Positions 1 through 5,933 of a stretch of DNA of 19,869 bases are shown in pieces; position 1 is the first letter of the stretch, and every line of letters starts with the position of its first letter. Position numbers and translations under genes: made by a program. Origin of the DNA: Acinetobacter guillouiae CIP 63.46. GTDB taxonomy: Bacteria; Pseudomonadota; Gammaproteobacteria; Pseudomonadales; Moraxellaceae. Under the pieces are notes generated by a model that did not search any database, was not told where the DNA came from, and saw only the letters and a program-made list of their open reading frames with translations. Location of the stretch: assembly GCF_000368145.1 (NCBI RefSeq), contig NZ_KB849283.1, positions 688,455 to 708,323 of the forward strand, given 5' to 3'.

Positions 1-17
1 TATACATTATACGAAAT
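1..17 (-). other. dif/pdif-like site A, copy 1 (central region plus XerC-type arm; the XerD side lies outside the window)
   Basis: Minus strand reads ATTTCGTATAA-TGTATA. It is identical to 6269..6285. Confidence 0.6.
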
Positions 18-24
18 GGTATAA

Positions 25-357
25 TTATACCTTTGATAACTCAGGAGTTTTTTGATCTTGAGCTTTCTTTTCTTCTAACTGCAATGGCTTACCGTCACCA
101 GTTGTCTTGTAATAAATATTGCGATCCATGGTTGATTGCTCAATCGGCAAATAAATTTCCCGACCACGATAAGACATGTAAAAATCTTTCATATGATGGT
201 GATCTTCAATTACTTTTACGTTCTGTGAACACGGAACCATTTTTTCTAAACCACGGTCATAACGTTCAGATTCGAAGATCAGGCGCATGTTTAGCCCTTT
301 TTCGTTTGTTGATTGTTCAACATTTATAAGTTTTGCTTTGAAGATTAATTGAGACAT
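25..357 (-). CDS. gV-like ssDNA-binding protein (assigned by position), 110 aa
   Basis: It lies immediately downstream of gII. The ATG at 357 follows a GGTG Shine-Dalgarno that overlaps the gII stop (TAAGGTGAATCTCATG). The ORF-track start at 366 is a GTG. I recognise no sequence similarity to Ff gpV. Confidence 0.6.
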   Translation of the reverse strand: MSQLIFKAKLINVEQSTNEKGLNMRLIFESERYDRGLEKMVPCSQNVKVIEDHHHMKDFYMSYRGREIYLPIEQSTMDRNIYYKTTGDGKPLQLEEKKAQDQKTPELSKV

Positions 358-367
358 GAGATTCACC

Positions 368-733
368 TTAAGATACGAGTTTTAATTGACGTTGATTGAA
401 TGTAGAGACAGGCTCTATAAAGTTTGGCGGTACTTGAGTTTCGAAATTGATTTCTACGAGTTTGATAAACGGTATGACGTTGTTTTTAGAGTCAATATGA
501 AGATTCTGTAAATAAGCTTTTGAATAACCAGCAAGAATCAAATCTGCCATTTGTGCAAAGAACTGGGATTTTCCATATTGTTTTTTCATTGCTTCACAGC
601 CATGAATTTCTAAAGCACAATAAAAGTTAAATAGATTCCTTGCCTTAGTTGTACTAACACGACCTGTAGGCGTAACAGTACCAAAGACATTGCACAGAGT
701 TTTAAAGATAGAATCGTGATCAGTAGTTTTCAT
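368..733 (-). CDS. Nested in-frame gene X analogue (C-terminal 121 aa of gpII)
   Basis: The internal ATG at 733 is preceded by GAGG 8 nt upstream (GAGGGTTCAGCCATG). The Met aligns with the gpX start of Ff (ours EGSAM-KTTDHD, f1 EGDSM-NIYDD). Confidence 0.5.
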   Translation of the reverse strand: MKTTDHDSIFKTLCNVFGTVTPTGRVSTTKARNLFNFYCALEIHGCEAMKKQYGKSQFFAQMADLILAGYSKAYLQNLHIDSKNNVIPFIKLVEINFETQVPPNFIEPVSTFNQRQLKLVS

Positions 734-1609
734 GGCTGAACCCTCAAGGGCTTTGAATATTTCAGAATTTGCTTTGACCCATAGGTCTTTTAAAAAATCA
801 GGATTTTCACGTTGGTGGCGTATAAGTTGAAATAAATTCGTTGGTAAACCGAGTTCTTTTAAAACATATTTCTTGATACCGGTTTCAAAGCGTAACAGCC
901 CTTTTGCCCACGCTTGTAAATCAGGATCAGACATAACTTTGACAACACGTAAAGCACATTTATCATTAGCTTTTGATAACTTGATTTGTTCTTCTAGTTG
1001 ATTCTGAAATTCATTAAATTTGCCGTAAACTTTACGTGCATAGCGTTTTGATCGTTCTGAACCGAAATAAATTGTATTCTTATAAACAATCTCTTTTTGT
1101 GATTTACGGATATGTCTTGAAGACATGTTACGCATAAAATCAAGGGCTTGTGCTACTTGGTTTTCATCTTTTAAACGTGCTGAATATGTTGCATCAAGCT
1201 GTAGAACTTCTGTTTCAGAAATACAAAGCATCGAGTAAAGCGTAGGATGTGATTCAGCAAGATAACCAAGCATTTCCATTGCACCTTCTTCAATCCAGTC
1301 AGAACCATAAACATTGTGACCTTGCAGAATCTTTGCTGGTGAAGCCTTGAGTTCAACATGTGGGTAATAACGACCCTCATGAAAGAATTTAAAAGCCATA
1401 GCTGTATGAGATGTGGGTAATCTTTCCCAACCATGATTTAAAACACGATGTTGAGTTTTACCCTCTTCATCTTTGTAGACATCCCAAGAACCAACTTTTT
1501 TAAGATCAAGATCAAGCATGTCAAAACCTAAAATGCAATGATTACCGTCTTCAGTGATATCAACTAAAGAAGCATCAATAGGAATATGCATTACGATTTT
1601 GTCTAACAT
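368..1609 (-). CDS. Rolling-circle replication initiator, Ff gene II protein homologue, 413 aa
   Basis: The start is taken at Met55 of the 467-aa ORF (MLDKIVMHIPID). It shows colinear similarity to f1/M13 gpII as I remember it: YPHVELKASPAKILQGHNVYG vs YPCVEIKASPAKVLQGHNVFG; LDATYSARL vs IDATFSARA; SDPDLQAWAKGLLRFETGIK vs SNPDLLEFASGLVRFEARIK; VIPFIKLVEINF vs VVPLVRFINVDF. Confidence 0.92.
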   Translation of the reverse strand: MLDKIVMHIPIDASLVDITEDGNHCILGFDMLDLDLKKVGSWDVYKDEEGKTQHRVLNHGWERLPTSHTAMAFKFFHEGRYYPHVELKASPAKILQGHNVYGSDWIEEGAMEMLGYLAESHPTLYSMLCISETEVLQLDATYSARLKDENQVAQALDFMRNMSSRHIRKSQKEIVYKNTIYFGSERSKRYARKVYGKFNEFQNQLEEQIKLSKANDKCALRVVKVMSDPDLQAWAKGLLRFETGIKKYVLKELGLPTNLFQLIRHQRENPDFLKDLWVKANSEIFKALEGSAMKTTDHDSIFKTLCNVFGTVTPTGRVSTTKARNLFNFYCALEIHGCEAMKKQYGKSQFFAQMADLILAGYSKAYLQNLHIDSKNNVIPFIKLVEINFETQVPPNFIEPVSTFNQRQLKLVS

Positions 1610-1726
1610 AGCTAATATCCACATGCATGCAAATATGCATAAAGCGGAACTTAACACAAATATGCAAGTATGCGCAATACATGCATGCAAAAATACATGT
1701 ATGATTTTCCACATGTTGATACTGGT
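1610..1726. promoter_or_regulatory. Divergent promoter/operator region between gII and the regulator gene
   Basis: ACATGCATGCAAA occurs twice (1621..1633 and 1679..1691), each containing the palindrome CATGCATG. AAATATGCA occurs twice more. Confidence 0.5.
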
Positions 1727-1927
1727 ATGAAAAAAATGGTTCAAAGCGTTCGAATAAACGATCAAGAGCAAGAAATGCTCAGAAAGAAAGCAGTTGAATT
1801 AAACAAAATTTTAATTCAAAAAGGACAACAGCCATTAAGAGATAGCGAGCTAATACATATTCTTGTAGAAGAAGGTTTAGAGCTATTGGAAGTTAGTAAC
1901 AGCGGTACAGTGAAAATAATAAAGTAA
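1727..1927 (+). CDS. Small ribbon-helix-helix-type transcriptional regulator (candidate phage repressor), 66 aa
   Basis: MKKMVQSVRINDQEQEMLRKKAVELNK...LRDSELIHILVEEGLELLE fits a beta-strand/helix/helix (Arc/CopG/MobC-like) pattern. It is transcribed divergently from gII, in the position RstR occupies in CTXphi. The start could instead be the ATG at 1736. Confidence 0.6.
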   Translation: MKKMVQSVRINDQEQEMLRKKAVELNKILIQKGQQPLRDSELIHILVEEGLELLEVSNSGTVKIIK

Positions 1928-1934
1928 GAAATAG

Positions 1935-1981
1935 TCCGAAATTCCGGAGTTAAGTCCACACTAGAGATGGTGGACTTTTTC
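1935..1981 (-). other. Putative plus-strand origin: nick-site hairpin plus adjacent inverted repeat. May double as terminator of the regulator gene.
   Basis: Hairpin AGTCCAC-N10-GTGGACT spans 1953..1976 and is followed by T5 on the + strand. The stem has the same sequence as the Ff ori hairpin (GAGTCCAC GTTCTTTAATA GTGGACTC). A near-palindrome TCCGAAATTCCGGA (1935..1948) lies 3' of it on the phage coding strand. Confidence 0.5.
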
Positions 1982-2063
1982 AAGTCTGCCCTTTCACTTA
2001 GCTCTGTCCTTCGCCTCCTCCTCCTCGTACCTCGTCGTCGTCGTTGGCGTCCATCACAGAAAG

Positions 2064-2092
2064 AAGTCGCATAATGCGGATTGATGTTAAAT
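2064..2092 (+). other. dif-like site C (attP arm 2), 7-nt central region
   Basis: AAGTCGCATAA-TGCGGAT-TGATGTTAAAT. The XerD-type arm matches TTATGTTAAAT at 10/11. Confidence 0.6.
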
Positions 2093-2163
2093 GCACTGCA
2101 TTTCTTAAAAAAGAAAATGCCATTTTCTGATCGGGAAAATGACATTTTAATAAGGTGCAATGC

Positions 2164-2198
2164 AAGTAACATAATCACGCAGTTACATTATGCGAAAT
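2164..2198 (-). other. dif-like site B (attP arm 1), 13-nt central region, in its phage-phage context
   Basis: Minus strand reads ATTTCGCATAA-TGTAACTGCGTGA-TTATGTTACTT. The XerD-type arm matches at 9/11. The repeat ends exactly at the outer base of the XerC-type arm. Confidence 0.65.
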
Positions 2199-2405
2199 CA
2201 GTCTCTTAATAAAATAATCATATGACAGATACAAAAGGCTAAAAGCAAATGAGCGTAGATAGTAGGCTCACCATCATTATAAAATATTTTAAATACCCAA
2301 TATGGGTCATAATTTATTGTAATATTTTGCCAGTCCATTTCACTACCTATAAAAAATTTCAAAGACTTAAACAAAAATTTCAGATCGGAAGGAAGATAAT
2401 GCCAA

Positions 2406-2585
2406 TCATTCTTCTAGTTCTTTCTGTTGATGAGATTCAATTTCTTCATTTAAAACTAGCTTATGACAAAACCAACAAAACGTATATTTGGCTTCAATTT
2501 TTTTAAGCACTAGTGATGCAGAATACCCACCATCCTCTCTCAATGCCCAATATATCGAATTAAGTTCGTCTAAGTTAAATTCCAT
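2406..2585 (-). CDS. Hypothetical small phage protein, 59 aa (below the ORF-track cutoff)
   Basis: MEFNLDELNSIYWALREDGGYSASLVLKKIEAKYTFCWFCHKLVLNEEIESHQQKELEE. A GGAG lies 8 nt upstream of the ATG. It is on the same strand as all other phage genes. Confidence 0.4.
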   Translation of the reverse strand: MEFNLDELNSIYWALREDGGYSASLVLKKIEAKYTFCWFCHKLVLNEEIESHQQKELEE

Positions 2586-2800
2586 TGCTATTTCTCCAGT
2601 TCGCGCCTACGGACGCTCTATTTCGACCGTTTTAAGTCATATGGGAGCTTGTGATCAGGAAGAAGAATTTCAATGTTTTAATGGATATTCGTCACTCGTA
2701 GACACTCGTTCATCATTCTCCAGTAAAGAAAAATAAACCAGCAAAAATATAAAGTAATACGAGAAGCAAAAACCATATTCTAAGAAAAAAATTAATCATA

Positions 2801-3988
2801 TCAACTCACTACCTGAGCCTGTAATTGGGGTTGTACATCATTATTCGCTATTTCCACCTGTTTGGGAATATCCGATTGAGAAGCTTGTTGAACAGTGTTC
2901 GTACTATTGCTTTGAGTATTGAATTGAGCATTGTTTTGTACCTGTTGGGGAGATTTTGTATAGTCAAACAGTCGTTCACCGTTTAACCATCTTTTACAAT
3001 CAGCTTGTGAAATACTTGGCATTCTGTTGCCCTGTTGATCAAAGGCGTAGTATTTACCATCATATTTAGAACAACCTGTTAACTTAGGATAATCAACAAC
3101 TTGTATTCTTGCTTGTGGTTTAAAATCATAGGGCTTTGAAGAATCATATGTAACAGCACCATCGTTTGTTATAGAAGCGTTGTTTTTAGACATGTCATTA
3201 AACCACTGTACACATTCAGGCTTTTCGACATTCACACCTTTTCTACAATCTTGTTCAAGAACTAGAGGCTGTTGTGTTGCCGAATTGGCTTGTGTTGGAA
3301 TTTCCTGTTTTATGCTTTGTTCTTGCATTGTTTCTTCTTTTTTATCAGGTTGAGATTTTACCCAAAGCCAACCAGTCGCACCGATCACAAGCACAAGCAT
3401 CCAAATTGCATTGATGATCTTCATCGGAATTTTAATTTTACCGTGAGAATCTTCACCACCATTGGAGCTTTTGTACATACCAAACAGGTTTTTAGGATAA
3501 GTAAACGTACCTGAATCCTCTGCATCTGCCTTGGTCGATTTGGTATTAGGGTTGAGTTGATGATATTTCCACATCCACCAAGTCGCCATTTTCATGCCCA
3601 TTGGTCTGTGTAAATGGTAATGCGTTCCCACCATGTCCAATACGTCAACATTCAGCAATCTAGGGGCTTGTGTGATGTAAATAATATCCAAGAAATCAGC
3701 ATGACGATGGGTTTGTAAAAACTCTACTTCCGGATGGTTTTCGTTTTTAACAGGATGTTTGTACTTTTTTGAGAAATGTGAAATCTTTTGCGCTTCATCA
3801 ATCACAACCAATGAACGTGCTGGATAGTCCTCAAATTTGTCTTTGAGCGGTTGTGCAGTATCTAGACGTAAACCATCAATGTTACTAAAAATGTTCCAAG
3901 GGTCAGTTTCATTGACACGTTTAAATATCTCATTCACTGCCCAAAGGGTTTTTCCTGAGCCTGGAGTCGCTGTAATTAAATAAATCAT
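2801..3988 (-). CDS. Zot-like assembly ATPase (gpI homologue), 395 aa
   Basis: Walker A is MIYLITATPGSGKT and Walker B is LVVIDEAQ. There is a single TM segment (AIWMLVLVIGATGWLWV) followed by a Cys- and Gln-rich periplasmic tail. The gene sits after the gVI-like gene, as in Ff. Confidence 0.9.
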   Translation of the reverse strand: MIYLITATPGSGKTLWAVNEIFKRVNETDPWNIFSNIDGLRLDTAQPLKDKFEDYPARSLVVIDEAQKISHFSKKYKHPVKNENHPEVEFLQTHRHADFLDIIYITQAPRLLNVDVLDMVGTHYHLHRPMGMKMATWWMWKYHQLNPNTKSTKADAEDSGTFTYPKNLFGMYKSSNGGEDSHGKIKIPMKIINAIWMLVLVIGATGWLWVKSQPDKKEETMQEQSIKQEIPTQANSATQQPLVLEQDCRKGVNVEKPECVQWFNDMSKNNASITNDGAVTYDSSKPYDFKPQARIQVVDYPKLTGCSKYDGKYYAFDQQGNRMPSISQADCKRWLNGERLFDYTKSPQQVQNNAQFNTQSNSTNTVQQASQSDIPKQVEIANNDVQPQLQAQVVS

Positions 3989-3997
3989 AGTTTCCCC

Positions 3998-4273
3998 TTA
4001 GGCTTTTGAGAACGACATGCTTGTGCTGGTGATCATGGCACGTGCAATAAATGCTGAAATAACAATAGAAATGCACTGATCTAAACCACTTACACCAACG
4101 AGTGAAGCCAAGTCACCCACGATAAAAAAATCACTCATAAAGCGATTAATCAGGTAGTTAATAACACCTAAAATGATGGTTCCCGAAACAAGCGAAATGC
4201 CAGCACCTTTTAATATACGTTTTAGAAACCCATCACCGAAGCTATCAAGTAATTGTTTGAGTAATTTACCCAT
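3998..4273 (-). CDS. gVI-like minor coat/membrane protein, 91 aa
   Basis: Small hydrophobic protein between the gIII-like gene and gI. Its start overlaps the gIII-like stop by 8 nt. Confidence 0.6.
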   Translation of the reverse strand: MGKLLKQLLDSFGDGFLKRILKGAGISLVSGTIILGVINYLINRFMSDFFIVGDLASLVGVSGLDQCISIVISAFIARAMITSTSMSFSKA

Positions 4274-5579
4274 TTCGAGCAGCTCCTATGACAATGTAAG
4301 CAGCATAAAGATATGAACAAGCAACAAGCGCAGGACGAGCAAGAATAAGCACTTGACACAATGGCGTCATATCAAATGAGAAGTTAACGGATACACCAGA
4401 CAAGCTGATTGTGTGTTGTTCAGGAATTGGACATTGTCGTGATACAGCAAAGCGATCTTTTGAGAATATTGATGTGTCAAATTCATCAGGCTTTTTTATT
4501 TCAATATCATTTGAATCATCTTTATCAGGTTGCTCTTTTGTCCAGTCAAACCAGTCCTCTACCTTTTGCCAAAATGTTCTTTCTTTCTCTCGTTGAGCTT
4601 CTTCTTGTTGTCTTGCTATTTCTTCTCGTTGCCAAGCGACTTGTTCAGACTGACGTTGAGCTTCAGCTTGTTTTGAATCTTCTTTATATTTTTTGTACCA
4701 TTCACATACAGTTACAGCCCATGAGCAGAATTCAGGAAGTGTAAAATCTTCACCAACACTCGGTTTTTCAGGGTCGTAAACGTCAGGTTTTCCGTCTCCA
4801 TCCGTGTCCACATTTGGTTTAGGTTTTGTGCTTCCAGTAGGGTCTGTTTCAGGAATTGGAGGAGCATTATCTAAAGCATCTGCTGTAGATTCGGGAGCTT
4901 GACCACCTGCAGGATTATTAGGGTTATATATGTCAGGTAATACTTGTGGTGCTTCAGGTGAATTATTTACTTCATTACCGATTTGGGTTTCTGAAACAGG
5001 GACTAATTCTGTAGATGGTTGATAATTTGGATTTTTATAATAATCATACGGAGTTGGATAAGATACACCATCTTTACGTGTTATTGTACATTGACCCTTC
5101 ATAGTACTCGGATCAACTTTAGTACAACCTCCGATTGAAGCACCGAGCAAATATCCAGCTTGTTGATTCGTTGCTAAATACAAATTAGCAGCGTCTTGTG
5201 CTGATTTACCAATATTTCCACTTACACCGTAAAGATATTCCCAATTCTCAATTGTATTTTTTACAGGCTTTTTAATTACACCGTTATCAATAACCCAGCC
5301 AACACCTTGGATAATTCCGTAAACAACAGCACCTAAAAGTCCTAAACGAGCCATAGAGGCTACTGTTGAACCTGTTGCGCCTGCTGTGACAGGAACACGA
5401 GCTTTATAAAAAGGGTCATTTGATGCAACGGCTGTTGCACGTTTAGCAGTTACATCTATCACTTTTGCGACAGACTCATAGACAACTTTTTCGACTACCC
5501 ATTTTTCAGCGCCTGCAAATGTTAAAGACGGAGTAAGGCATATTGTTAAGGACAATAAAAACACAAGGAATTTTTTCAT
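4266..5579 (-). CDS. gIII-like adsorption/minor coat protein, 437 aa
   Basis: It has a signal peptide (MKKFLVFLLSLTICLTPSLTFA|GA), a Pro/Gly-rich linker, a charged coiled-coil-like stretch and a C-terminal membrane anchor (ALVACSYLYAAYIVIGA). AAGGA lies upstream of the ATG at 5579, with an alternative ATG at 5585. The 499-aa ORF-track version overlaps gVIII and is an artefactual extension. Confidence 0.75.
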   Translation of the reverse strand: MKKFLVFLLSLTICLTPSLTFAGAEKWVVEKVVYESVAKVIDVTAKRATAVASNDPFYKARVPVTAGATGSTVASMARLGLLGAVVYGIIQGVGWVIDNGVIKKPVKNTIENWEYLYGVSGNIGKSAQDAANLYLATNQQAGYLLGASIGGCTKVDPSTMKGQCTITRKDGVSYPTPYDYYKNPNYQPSTELVPVSETQIGNEVNNSPEAPQVLPDIYNPNNPAGGQAPESTADALDNAPPIPETDPTGSTKPKPNVDTDGDGKPDVYDPEKPSVGEDFTLPEFCSWAVTVCEWYKKYKEDSKQAEAQRQSEQVAWQREEIARQQEEAQREKERTFWQKVEDWFDWTKEQPDKDDSNDIEIKKPDEFDTSIFSKDRFAVSRQCPIPEQHTISLSGVSVNFSFDMTPLCQVLILARPALVACSYLYAAYIVIGAARNG

Positions 5580-5659
5580 TTTCATTTCCTTAGCAATAAA
5601 TAAAAACAGACAGACATAAGAATTAAATAGAAGAATCCGAAAGACATTTTTTGATCTCC

Positions 5660-5686
5660 AATAAAAATGGGGAGCGAACTCCCCAA
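5660..5686 (-). terminator. Intrinsic terminator directly after the major coat gene
   Basis: Minus strand reads GGGGAG-TTCG-CTCCCC followed by ATTTTTATT, 7 nt after the gVIII stop. Ff has a terminator in the same position. Confidence 0.8.
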
Positions 5687-5691
5687 GTTTA

Positions 5692-5931
5692 TTAAGTACG
5701 GTTGAACGCTTGTTTGACGTAGCCCCACACTTGAATTGTTGCGTTTGGAATGATCTTTGCAGCACCGATCAAAGCGATAACAGCAACACCAGTAGCAATT
5801 ACAGCAGTACCCGCAGAAACGTCTGGACCCTCAGCAAATGCACTTGTTGAAGCTACAAATGGAGTAGCAACAATCAGAACTTTTTGAGCTAAGTTAAGAC
5901 CTTTTTTTGGAGTTTGGTTTTGATTTTTCAT
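5692..5931 (-). CDS. Major coat protein (gVIII-like) precursor, 79 aa
   Basis: The signal peptide ends at SAFA|EG. The 46-aa mature part has an acidic N-terminus, a hydrophobic core (VIATGVAVIALIGAA) and a basic C-terminus (KQAFNRT). An AAGGT Shine-Dalgarno is present. Confidence 0.85.
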   Translation of the reverse strand: MKNQNQTPKKGLNLAQKVLIVATPFVASTSAFAEGPDVSAGTAVIATGVAVIALIGAAKIIPNATIQVWGYVKQAFNRT

Positions 5932-5933
5932 GA

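Larger units (their letters stand above)
1..2198. repeat. Direct repeat copy 1 (2198 bp visible; may extend left of the window)
   Basis: Same sequence as 6269..8466 in every stretch compared by eye. All ORF-track translations are identical at an offset of 6268. Divergence begins at 2199 (cagtctc...) versus 8467 (aatataa...). Confidence 0.95.

Noticed and set aside
33-329. + strand 98-aa ORF antisense to the gV-like gene (also 6301..6597). Similar shadow ORFs lie at 1171..1434, 7439..7702, 3272..3514, 4409..4744 and 4411..4596.
   Set aside because: They are fully embedded in, or antisense to, well-supported phage genes. They have low-complexity composition and no RBS.
1670-1726. First 19 aa of the 85-aa regulator ORF
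   Set aside because: MRNTCMQKYMYDFPHVDTG is the translation of the ATGCAT operator repeats. The RHH fold begins after the ATG at 1727/1736.
1610-1771. N-terminal 54 aa of the 467-aa ORF-track version of gII (also 7878..8039)
   Set aside because: The extension is Cys/His/Ile-rich junk that runs through the divergent promoter/operator repeats. Homology to Ff gpII begins at MLDKIVMHIPID (ATG at 1609).
1953-1981. Calling the GTCCAC/GTGGAC hairpin only a rho-independent terminator
   Set aside because: It does have a T5 tail and may terminate the regulator gene. However, its identity with the Ff ori hairpin stem and the adjacent inverted repeat make an origin role at least as likely, so it is reported as ori with a possible dual function.
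1816-2178. 120-aa minus-strand ORF with RQRRRRGTRRRRRR (also 8084..8446)
   Set aside because: It starts inside the attP hairpin, reads through the trinucleotide tracts, the ori hairpin and the 3' end of the regulator gene, and has no RBS. The Arg run is just the translation of (CGT)n/(CCT)n.
2249-2736. + strand ORFs 2249..2506 (85 aa) and 2488..2736 (82 aa, non-ATG start)
   Set aside because: They oppose the uniform minus-strand polarity of the phage, lack an SD and are Ile/Lys/Phe-rich or start at TTG. The minus-strand small ORFs, one with GGAG, explain the region better, although none is proven.
5586-5765. N-terminal 60 aa of the 499-aa gIII-like ORF, overlapping gVIII
   Set aside because: It crosses the strong GGGGAG/CTCCCC terminator and overlaps the major coat gene. 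A signal peptide with an upstream AAGGA starts at 5579/5585.
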